DNA from: a virus
Direction: 5' to 3' (one strand)
DNA: 57,696 nucleotides
IMG/VR virus record: IMGVR_UViG_3300043493_000066
Location: 1 to 57,696 of that record
The notes under the pieces were generated by a model. That model saw only the letters and a list, made by a program, of their open reading frames with translations, did not search any database and was not told where the DNA came from. Shown piece after piece: positions 50,899 to 57,696 of this stretch. Both the position numbers and the translations under genes were made by a program. Position 1 is the first letter of the stretch. The number at the start of each line of letters is the position of its first letter.

Positions 50899-51582
50899 AT
50901 GAAAACCTTCACACACGAGCAGTACATCCAGGCAGTCCGCGACATCGCAGTGCAGCGCCTGAGCGCCGAAGAGCGCGCGGCCGCGCTTGACGCGAAGCTC
51001 GTCTACGGCGCCGGCTCGAAGCACACCCGCGGCGTGACGTACTTCGGCTGCTGGAAGAACGGCCACGATCACGCCTTCGCCGAGATCTGCGCGTTCGGCG
51101 AGGATTCCCCGATTCAGGTCGCGGGCACGACGCTGCACGAGCTGGGCCACGTTCTGGCCGGGCTTGGCAAAGGTCACGGCAAGGGCTGGCTGGCCGCGTG
51201 CAAGCGCCTCGGCCTCAACTACGTCCGCGCCGCCGGCACGCAGTACTCGCTCGCCTGCTTCGCAGCCGACATCCGCGAGGCGATCGCCGCGCTGCCCTCC
51301 CCGACCGATGGCCAGCCGCAACCCTTCGGCGGCTTCGGCCCGAACGGCATGCCGATGCAGCTGAAGATCCGCCCCTGCGGCGCCGGCCTCGGCACCAAGG
51401 GCGGCAAGTCGCGCGGCGCCGGTTCGGGCTCGCGCCTTCGCAAGTTCGTTTGCGATTGCGGCGTGATCGCCCGCGTGGCGCGCGACGAGTTCCGCGCCAA
51501 GTGCGACGACTGCGGCTCTTCGTTTAAACGCGTGGACCCGAAGCAGCCCGAGGTCTCGCAGACGGTGCATGACCGAGTCTGA
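50899..51582 (+). CDS. SprT-like HExxH zinc metallopeptidase with C-terminal zinc ribbon (227 aa)
   Basis: TTLHELGHVLAG, and KFVCDCGVIARVARDEFRAKCDDCGSSF. Confidence 0.6.
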   Translation: MKTFTHEQYIQAVRDIAVQRLSAEERAAALDAKLVYGAGSKHTRGVTYFGCWKNGHDHAFAEICAFGEDSPIQVAGTTLHELGHVLAGLGKGHGKGWLAACKRLGLNYVRAAGTQYSLACFAADIREAIAALPSPTDGQPQPFGGFGPNGMPMQLKIRPCGAGLGTKGGKSRGAGSGSRLRKFVCDCGVIARVARDEFRAKCDDCGSSFKRVDPKQPEVSQTVHDRV

Positions 51583-51655
51583 AAAACCCGAAGCGGCCGG
51601 CGGATCCCGGCCGCACCCGGCGCCTCGCGGGGATCAGGGGCAAGGAGCAGAGCAA

Positions 51656-51901
51656 ATGGATGTCGGATCGAAAGTCTGGATTCACGCGATGGGCAGCTAC
51701 TACGCCGGCGAGATCGTTCAGAAGACCGCGCAGCGCGTGCGCGTGCAGTACACGAGCGGCGCCGGCAAGACGCGCGACAAGTGGGCCACGCTTGACCTGG
51801 CCAGCGGCAAGTACATCAACAACCGCGGCGAGGCTGCCTATCCCTTGATGGATGGCGCAGAGCCGCGGCCGCGCGGTGCGCGCGCGCAGAGGTCGCAGTG
51901 A
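51656..51901 (+). CDS. Small Tudor/SH3-like protein (81 aa)
   Basis: AAGGAG lies before ATG 51656. Sequence VWIHAMGSYYAGEIVQKTAQRVRVQYTSG. Confidence 0.5.
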   Translation: MDVGSKVWIHAMGSYYAGEIVQKTAQRVRVQYTSGAGKTRDKWATLDLASGKYINNRGEAAYPLMDGAEPRPRGARAQRSQ

Positions 51902-52224
51902 CCGCTCTCACCACCTGGGCGCGATGGATCGAGGCCTGCGTCAACTGCGGCGGATCGACGAACGGGATCCGCGACGCCGGCGGCACCTGGTACTACATCG
52001 ACCCGACGCCGCGCCAGCTGCAGAACGGCGCGATCGTCGGCCGCTTGCATATGCACAAGCTCGGGCACGGCATGGTCGACCTGGGCGCCTTCAAGATCGC
52101 GGCGGACGGCCGCGTGCTGCAGATCCCGGAGGAGGTTGCGGCCCTCTTCCCCGGCCGCGAGCCGGCGCCGCAGCTCGAGCAGCAGCCCGAGATTTCTCAA
52201 CCAATGACCGAGGAGACATCATGA
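51898..52224 (+). CDS. Hypothetical protein (108 aa)
   Basis: GTGA overlap; ORF track. Confidence 0.55.
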   Translation: MTALTTWARWIEACVNCGGSTNGIRDAGGTWYYIDPTPRQLQNGAIVGRLHMHKLGHGMVDLGAFKIAADGRVLQIPEEVAALFPGREPAPQLEQQPEISQPMTEETS

Positions 52225-52547
52225 AAGCCAGTGCTACACTCGCCGGCGTGGCAAACCACCCGAACCGCAGCAAGCAGAACGTGCGCGCCGGCGCCAACCC
52301 ATCGGCGACCGAGATCTCGCGCGCTCGAGCCGACTCCGGCCTCACGCAGCAGGAGTTCGGCGAGCTCGTCTACAAGGGATACCGGACGGTTCAGGAGTGG
52401 GAAGGCGGCACGAATCGCATGCCGCCCGATACGTGGGAGCTCATCCAGATCAAGCTGGCCGCGATGCGCCAGGTGAAGCGCGGCGAAGTCGCGCCTGGTG
52501 ACCTCCGTCGGCTCGGCATCGTCCTGCCCGAACCGAAGCAAACCTAG
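52221..52547 (+). CDS. XRE-family HTH protein (108 aa)
   Basis: ATGA overlap. Sequence GLTQQEFGELVYKGYRTVQEWEGGTNRMP. Confidence 0.65.
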   Translation: MKASATLAGVANHPNRSKQNVRAGANPSATEISRARADSGLTQQEFGELVYKGYRTVQEWEGGTNRMPPDTWELIQIKLAAMRQVKRGEVAPGDLRRLGIVLPEPKQT

Positions 52548-52551
52548 AAAC

Positions 52552-52594
52552 GGAAAAACGCCCGAGATCCCGTTACGGCGGGACCTCGAGCGCG
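52552..52594 (-). terminator. Strong rho-independent terminator ending the late operon
   Basis: Minus strand reads CGCGCTCGAGGTCCCG-ccgtaa-CGGGATCTCGGGCG followed by TTTTTCCGTTTC. It also lies right after the convergent XRE gene. Confidence 0.65.
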
Positions 52595-52719
52595 GGTCGC
52601 AGGTTATTGCCGGTGCTGCTGTTGTTATTCGCCTTTCTAGCTACCTTCTTCTTCGAGGATTTCTTCCGCCCCTAGCCGCTTCCGCGGTTCGGTGCGTTGC
52701 CTTTTTTCTTCGTTGCCAT
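52573..52719 (-). CDS. Lysine-rich mini-ORF interrupted by an in-frame TAG (15 aa, or 48 aa if read through)
   Basis: AGGAG lies 9 nt before ATG 52719. Hand translation: MATKKKGNAPNRGSG-TAG-GRKKSSKKKVARKANNNSSTGNNLRPALEVPP-TAA. It may be merely a purine-rich non-coding tract. Confidence 0.25.
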
Positions 52720-52792
52720 CAAGCGATCTCCTGTAGTGAGTCCCCGGACTTTGGAAAGTGGCGGCCGGGTTTCGCCGAACGCGGTCAGGGCT

Positions 52793-53131
52793 TTACTTCT
52801 GGATCTCCATTCCGCCGCCTGGTCCGTGGAAGCGACGATCGCGCATGCCGGCCATGTATCGGCCCTGGCGCGCTTTATAGAAGCGATACCAATGACGAGC
52901 GAAGAACACGGCTACCGCGATCCACATCGCTACGCCCTGCGCTGAGATCTTGTAATCGGCCATGGTGATCGCGGAGTCGAGCGCTTCAGGAAACCTGGAT
53001 ACCGCGACAATCGACAGGACGGCCAGCGCGATCCGCCCGATCAATCCGTCCTCGTACTCTGGATGCAGCACGAGCGCCGTGCATACGATCGCCACGATCG
53101 CAGAAGTCGTGCAGATGATGATTGCGTTCAC
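52793..53131 (-). CDS. 3-TM membrane protein (112 aa), holin-like
   Basis: IIICTTSAIVAIVCTALVL, IGRIALAVLSIVAV and VAMWIAVAVFFA. Last full-length gene of the late operon; only the doubtful 52573..52719 mini-ORF lies downstream. Confidence 0.5.
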   Translation of the reverse strand: MNAIIICTTSAIVAIVCTALVLHPEYEDGLIGRIALAVLSIVAVSRFPEALDSAITMADYKISAQGVAMWIAVAVFFARHWYRFYKARQGRYMAGMRDRRFHGPGGGMEIQK

Positions 53132-53535
53132 TGGATTCCCCCCGGTGGTGGTGGTGATGGTGGTGGTGGTGTTCCGTTGCCGTTGCGGCCGCGAACGACG
53201 TTGATCATCCTGAATAGAAACTCTACCCAGACCGTGTCCCGTACGATCTGCCAGAGTTTCGCCGCGATCGCGAGCCCGAAGAGGCCGAGCATCAAAGCTA
53301 GTCCGACCTCAAGGCTCGGCTTTTGTTCGAAGAAGATGATCATCGGAGCGGAGAGCCAGGCGCCGAGCGCAGTGCCGCTGATGAACGTCGTCCAGCGCTC
53401 CCAGCCGGTGACGCCTTCGAAGAAGCGCAGGCTGATGAACGCGCCGACGGCCGCGGCGAGCACGTTCTTCAGCGAGAGCCCCATCGCCATCAGTATGGCT
53501 TCGATGGAAAGTGGTTCCAACATCCCCCCGATCAC
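53128..53535 (-). CDS. Multi-TM membrane protein (135 aa), holin-like
   Basis: Several hydrophobic segments and a Pro-rich tail PPPPSPPPP. Confidence 0.5.
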   Translation of the reverse strand: MIGGMLEPLSIEAILMAMGLSLKNVLAAAVGAFISLRFFEGVTGWERWTTFISGTALGAWLSAPMIIFFEQKPSLEVGLALMLGLFGLAIAAKLWQIVRDTVWVEFLFRMINVVRGRNGNGTPPPPSPPPPGGIQ

Positions 53536-53765
53536 AGTCGATAGACCGGAACTGATTCCGATGCGCGCACCCGGCCCTGGATCGCGCCGTCTTTCACGAA
53601 CACCTCGTCGCCCACTGAGAGCGCCAGAGCTCCGGTGCGCGTTGCCCGCTCGATTCCGGCCGGACCGCGGACCATCGCGCCCGAGTCGTCGATCGCCGTG
53701 ATCTTCCCGATGAAGGCGCCCGGCTTGCCGACCAGCTGCTCGCGCAGCTCGAGGAAGGGGTTCAC
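53532..53765 (-). CDS. Hypothetical protein (77 aa)
   Basis: ORF track; 4-nt overlaps. Confidence 0.55.
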   Translation of the reverse strand: MNPFLELREQLVGKPGAFIGKITAIDDSGAMVRGPAGIERATRTGALALSVGDEVFVKDGAIQGRVRASESVPVYRL

Positions 53766-54067
53766 TCGATCACCTTGCGCCGCAGCTGCAGCGTCGTAGT
53801 GACGGCGCCGTTGCTCCCGCGGTGCGTGATGCCGACCAGCTTGCCGGTCCAGGTGCCGCGGCGCGAATCCTGGAAGCGCACCGTGTTCCCGAGCCGCAGA
53901 CCTATCCGGAACAGGCAGTCGACCTGCACCGGCTGCAGCAGCTGCGCCTGGTCGTTGAGCTCCTTGCGGCCGCGCGCGATCGCAACCGGCAGGGATCCGA
54001 TCAGCGGGTCGACGACGTCCTGGCCAGCGCGATCGCCGGCGTCCCGGATGACGACGATGTCAATCAC
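53762..54067 (-). CDS. Hypothetical protein (101 aa)
   Basis: GTG 54067 has AGGAG 8 nt upstream. Confidence 0.5.
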   Translation of the reverse strand: MIDIVVIRDAGDRAGQDVVDPLIGSLPVAIARGRKELNDQAQLLQPVQVDCLFRIGLRLGNTVRFQDSRRGTWTGKLVGITHRGSNGAVTTTLQLRRKVIE

Positions 54068-54254
54068 TTCGCGGCTCCTGACCGATCGATTTGCTAACCC
54101 AGCCAAGCGGCGGCCCATTCACCCAGCCAGCCGTGGCGAGCCATTGCTCCCATGTGATCAGATCGCTGAAGAGAGCAACCGTCGCGACCCAGTTCACGAA
54201 TACCAGCACGAGGAGCCCGCAGATCGCGACGTAGTTCCATTTGCCTATGGTCAT
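54060..54254 (-). CDS. Small TM protein (64 aa)
   Basis: ATGA overlap. Sequence WNYVAICGLLVLVFVNWVATVALF. Confidence 0.5.
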   Translation of the reverse strand: MTIGKWNYVAICGLLVLVFVNWVATVALFSDLITWEQWLATAGWVNGPPLGWVSKSIGQEPRSD

Positions 54255-56167
54255 GTTTGCGTTCCGTCGACGACGACGAGCACGTCGTAGGTGTCTTCGC
54301 CCGCGAGCTGCGCCGGGATCCCGGACAGGCGCCGCGCTTCGAAGGTTGTGTCGTAGGTCACCATCAGCATCGCGACGCCGGCGGCCGGCACGCGGACCGT
54401 GATCTCGTTCGCGAGCTCGGGCGTGCCGAGATCTCGGCCGAGCCACTTCCAGCTCGTGAGCGCGGCCGTTGGATAGCGCAGCGTCGCCTCGTCGGAGCCC
54501 GCGAACTGCAGCGTCTCCTCGACTTCCATCGTGCCGCCGGCGAGCTGCGAGATATTGCCGGCGCTCGGCGTGACCGCCTGGACCTCGACATCGTCGGACT
54601 TGAAGATCAGCAGCGCCGGCTGATCGCCAGGCAGGAACTGCGTGCGGCCCTTGTTGTAGCCGTCCTCGCGCGAATCGATCTCTGCGCTCATCATCCCGCT
54701 CGAGGTGTCGATCACGTCGAGGATCCGGATCCGGTTCGCCAGGCGCGCCGGCGTCGTCTGCTCGGAGATCCTGAACGCGTCGCGCGAATCGTCGAACAGG
54801 TGGTCGGGTTCGGCGTCCTCGAGATCCGGCACCGAGACCGGCCAGGCATGGCGGATGTAAAGCGCCCCATCCGGCTCCGACTCGAGGAGGCAGCCAGGCG
54901 CCCGCGCCACGTCGGCCGCGATCTCGATCGGCGTCTGCCCGTCAGCCGCGAGGCGGTTGCCGGCGATCGACCAGTCGAGCACGCGGAGATCGACCACGCT
55001 GCCCCCAAATAGCTCCTCGAGAAGGTCCGAGACCAGGACCGCGGTCGACCAGGTCTTCGTCACCTTGTCCGCGCGCGGGTCGCCATACGCTGCTGAGGGG
55101 CTGATCCCCGAGACGACCGCCTGGATCTGCGCCGGGCCCGAGCGATCGAGCTGCGGCTCCTGGCGGATGAAGTCGAACTCCTCGCCCGCGATCGTGATCG
55201 TGAACGGCTCGTCGGGCCCGAAGAGGCCTAGGTCGTCCGGGTTCGGCAGCGTCACCTGGCACGTCCAGGCGAACTGCCCTTCGTCGATGTTGATCTCGAA
55301 GTCGTTGATGACGATGGTCCGGCCGCGAACCTCGAGGGTCGTCGCGCCGGTGTCGACGATGACTGACCCATCCAGGATCGACCAGCGTGCGTTCAGGCCA
55401 GCGCGCAGCCGGTCGAACGTCTCGATGGCGTAGCGCACGGCGCACTGTGCAGCGACGCGCGTGGTCATGGCGTAGCGCACGCGCAGGCCATTTCTCACCG
55501 GCGTAGCGCCGAGCTGATAGCGCACGGCGAGACCCCGCCGGGTCTGATTGGACCAGCGAACAGAGAGGCCGCGCGCTACCACGTAGTTGAAGAACCAGCG
55601 CTCTTCGAATGTAAGGATGTAAAGCGCCGGGACATGCGTCTCCCAGCTCTCGTCGGCGACCAGGTACGCGAGCTCGATGCCTCGCGTGACCCATTGCTCC
55701 CAGTCGTCCAGGGTCCGCAGGACAGGCGCCGCCGTGACCCAGAGCTCGTCGAACAGGGTGATGTTGCCAGGTGCGCCTTCGGTCTCCCACCTGTCCCAGG
55801 CCGGCAGCTCCGCGATCGTGATGCCGCGGACCGCGAAGCGAGTGTCGGCAGGAGTCTCCTGGACCTCCGGCACGATCGTCGACCAGACCTCGTCGAACAC
55901 GAGCTCGCCGCTGATCCCGATCGTGATCCAGCGCTCGAGGAAGTCCAGCGTCGCGAAGGTGCTCCCGGAGGTGCGCCAGCGTTCAGTACTTTCACCTGTA
56001 TCGCTGCTGATGCCGGCGGTGTCCCATAGCTCCCAGGCCGGAGTCTCGCCAGCGCCGACGCCTCGAGTCGACCAGCGCTCGTTCGCCCACAGATACGGCG
56101 GGTCCGGGACCGCGACCCTGAAGAGCGAGGAGTACGGGCTGCCGGATATAGGGCCATGTCCATACAT
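54251..56167 (-). CDS. Tail fibre / host-recognition candidate with W-rich N-terminal repeats (638 aa)
   Basis: About 10 copies of (E/D)xW.T.G in the first 200 aa, then 5 copies of GLxVR(Y/W). Confidence 0.55.
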   Translation of the reverse strand: MYGHGPISGSPYSSLFRVAVPDPPYLWANERWSTRGVGAGETPAWELWDTAGISSDTGESTERWRTSGSTFATLDFLERWITIGISGELVFDEVWSTIVPEVQETPADTRFAVRGITIAELPAWDRWETEGAPGNITLFDELWVTAAPVLRTLDDWEQWVTRGIELAYLVADESWETHVPALYILTFEERWFFNYVVARGLSVRWSNQTRRGLAVRYQLGATPVRNGLRVRYAMTTRVAAQCAVRYAIETFDRLRAGLNARWSILDGSVIVDTGATTLEVRGRTIVINDFEINIDEGQFAWTCQVTLPNPDDLGLFGPDEPFTITIAGEEFDFIRQEPQLDRSGPAQIQAVVSGISPSAAYGDPRADKVTKTWSTAVLVSDLLEELFGGSVVDLRVLDWSIAGNRLAADGQTPIEIAADVARAPGCLLESEPDGALYIRHAWPVSVPDLEDAEPDHLFDDSRDAFRISEQTTPARLANRIRILDVIDTSSGMMSAEIDSREDGYNKGRTQFLPGDQPALLIFKSDDVEVQAVTPSAGNISQLAGGTMEVEETLQFAGSDEATLRYPTAALTSWKWLGRDLGTPELANEITVRVPAAGVAMLMVTYDTTFEARRLSGIPAQLAGEDTYDVLVVVDGTQT

Positions 56168-56171
56168 CGCA

Positions 56172-56606
56172 TCACGCGGCCGCCGGCAGCGCCTCCGGCC
56201 AGGTTGCGCCGCAGATCGAGCAGCGACGATGGACGTGCGCGATCGTGCTCGGCGGTGTCGCGGGCCCAGCTGCGAGTGTCGCGGCTTCGTCGAGAATCGT
56301 CTCGGGACGTTCGTACGGCTCCTGCACTTCCTTCGGCGGCTGAGGCACGCCGTCGAGATCCGGCTGCTCCTGTAGCACCGGGCGCGTGTCCTGCTGCATC
56401 ACCACGTTTGTGATCGGTCGATACACCTTCCCGCCTGCGTGATACAGCTCGCGAGGCCAGGCAGCTAGCTCGGCTGGATCTGCTGCATCGACGCAGCGCA
56501 GCGGCACGTCCTCGGCCTTCGCCGTGCAGGCCGTCACCGAGTGGTTCCCCTTCGGCGGCAGGAGTCCGCACGTCGGGCAAGTGTTGTCTAGAGCGAAGGT
56601 TCTCAT
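56172..56606 (-). CDS. Cys-containing hypothetical protein (144 aa)
   Basis: AGGTGA lies before ATG 56606. CPTC...CSIC. Confidence 0.5.
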   Translation of the reverse strand: MRTFALDNTCPTCGLLPPKGNHSVTACTAKAEDVPLRCVDAADPAELAAWPRELYHAGGKVYRPITNVVMQQDTRPVLQEQPDLDGVPQPPKEVQEPYERPETILDEAATLAAGPATPPSTIAHVHRRCSICGATWPEALPAAA

Positions 56607-56614
56607 GGGGTCAC

Positions 56615-57229
56615 CTATGCGAGGAAGCCGAAGAATCGAATGTGCAGCCGTCGAGTGGATGGGAGTAGCACCGTGTTGATCGTCTGAGCCGCTCCGGTCA
56701 TGTCGTTCGTGACTACGAACTCCGGCCGCCTCCGCACGACGCCGTTCACGTTTCGACGATCGTGCTTCAGGTAGACGTTCGTGGTCAGGATCGCTCCATC
56801 TTGAAGCTCCTGCGTCAAGATGCCGAACAGTTTGCCCTCGGGCTGGTCCTCTGTGTTCAGGACGTAGCTCCCCGTCGCGCCCCATATCCCGCCGACTCCG
56901 CTGAAGCCTTGCGTGGCCGATAGATTCGTGACCATGTTGATCAGACCCGAGTGTCCCGGATGCCCGTTGACGCGGCTCGCGTAGGCACCCACCAAATTCC
57001 CCGCAGAGTCACCGAGCAAGCGGTGCTGCAACGTCCCCGCCGTGTTGACGATCCCGATCGTAAAATCCTGGAGCAGCATGCCGTCGAGCGCCATGGAAGG
57101 AACCCCCGGCACGACCGGCGATTTCGGCGCGTTGGTCAGGTTCTCGGCCGGCCTGCTCGTGATCTGGCCTCGAGCATCGAAGCCTCGACTTAGTCGCAGT
57201 ACGTTCGCGAGGCACAGGTCGTGTCTCAT
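56615..57229 (-). CDS. Tail-module paralog 3 (204 aa)
   Basis: ATG 57229 overlaps the stop of paralog 2 (ATGA). The C-terminal part parallels paralogs 1 and 2. Confidence 0.6.
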   Translation of the reverse strand: MRHDLCLANVLRLSRGFDARGQITSRPAENLTNAPKSPVVPGVPSMALDGMLLQDFTIGIVNTAGTLQHRLLGDSAGNLVGAYASRVNGHPGHSGLINMVTNLSATQGFSGVGGIWGATGSYVLNTEDQPEGKLFGILTQELQDGAILTTNVYLKHDRRNVNGVVRRRPEFVVTNDMTGAAQTINTVLLPSTRRLHIRFFGFLA

Positions 57230-57696
57230 TGGAGCGCGACTATGACGCGCACGGAGAGTACCTGCCCCGAGGGTAGATTCGTGGTGTTGATGTTCCACGC
57301 GGCCCCGGACAAGTCATTCATGAACTGTATGTCGAGACGCCGGCGCGTGATCCCGTTCACATTGCGCGACACGAACGAGAGCATCGGTCGCGGCCGCACT
57401 ACGTTCCCGCTGTAGAACTCCAGCATCGACATTTCGATCATCGAGGCGTGATTCTGTTCTTCGGTGTTGAAGTAGAAGTGATCCAGCGCGCCGCTCACGA
57501 TGCCGCCGCCGCCCACGAAGTCCACCGACGCCGAGACCGTCGGCGTGTTGACGTAGTTTGAGTCGGGCCTGGCTCCGATGATCCTGTCGAAGTAGGCCCC
57601 CTTGTTCGGCACAACCGATATGTCGTTGAGGAACACATGCCGGATCGTGCCTGCGTTGTTCTGCAGCACGAAGGCGAAGCATTGGAGTTTCTGCCC
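57226..57696 (-). CDS. Tail-module paralog 2, C-terminal part (wraps to 214..128)
   Basis: The track ORF 57226..57669 is truncated by the window end. The frame continues through the terminal repeat to ATG 214. Confidence 0.7.
   Translation of the reverse strand, partial: GQKLQCFAFVLQNNAGTIRHVFLNDISVVPNKGAYFDRIIGARPDSNYVNTPTVSASVDFVGGGGIVSGALDHFYFNTEEQNHASMIEMSMLEFYSGNVVRPRPMLSFVSRNVNGITRRRLDIQFMNDLSGAAWNINTTNLPSGQVLSVRVIVALQ
57570..57696. repeat. Terminal direct repeat, identical to 1..127
   Basis: Exact 127-nt identity with the window start. Confidence 0.9.

Larger units (their letters stand above)
1..57696. mobile_element. Complete, circularly permuted temperate phage genome (unique length 57,569 bp)
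   Basis: Contains a tyrosine integrase with a tRNA-fragment attP, a CI/Cro-like switch, recombination and replication genes, a Q-like regulator and lysis genes. Also HNH-TerS-TerL-portal-protease-HK97 capsid and a tape measure with a G/GT frameshift. Bases 1-127 equal 57570-57696. Confidence 0.85.

Overview
The window is a complete, circularly permuted genome of a high-GC temperate tailed phage. It looks siphovirus-like, with an HK97-type head and a long tail with a tape measure. Bases 1-127 are identical to 57570-57696, so the unique length is 57,569 bp, and one tail-module gene is split across the window ends.

Layout:
- A very long late operon on the minus strand starts at a promoter, short leader and terminator at 26610-26512. 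It runs through lysis genes, HNH, TerS, TerL, portal, protease and capsid, then a transferase island, head-tail adaptors, the tail tube, the G/GT chaperone, the tape measure and tail-fibre genes. It crosses coordinate 1 and ends at a strong terminator near 52552-52594.
- An early operon on the minus strand (37500 -> 26623) carries a Cro-like gene, a ParB-like gene, a P-loop ATPase, a protein built of many HTH domains, a DUF1376 protein, NinB, RusA and a Q-like regulator.
- A CI-like repressor and two lysogeny genes lie on the plus strand at 37563-38469.
- An early operon on the plus strand (38559 -> 49094) carries an exonuclease and putative annealing protein, DUF1643, Gp37/68, a Ref-like nuclease, a HerA-like ATPase, an Xis-like gene and the integrase. 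It ends at an attP that contains the 3' part of a tRNA-Asn gene.
- An accessory region (49327-52547) has two divergent near-identical promoters.

Most unusual observations:
1. Two tandem tRNA-Ala-acceptor minigenes have non-canonical cores and CUA / UAA loops. They sit in the leader of a Mom-like operon.
2. The palindrome (C)GTTTAAAC(G) occurs 8 times, far more than base composition predicts.
3. A glycosyl/pyruvyl/methyl-transferase island between the capsid and connector genes is joined by a second canonical -1 slippery heptamer.
4. A 647-aa protein is made of about 6-7 excisionase-type HTH repeats.
5. There are four DUF6527-like paralogs.
6. A lower-GC gene in reverse orientation encodes a HEPN-like protein.
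7. The early promoter/operator modules are duplicated.

All family names come from motif recognition by eye. No database search was run.
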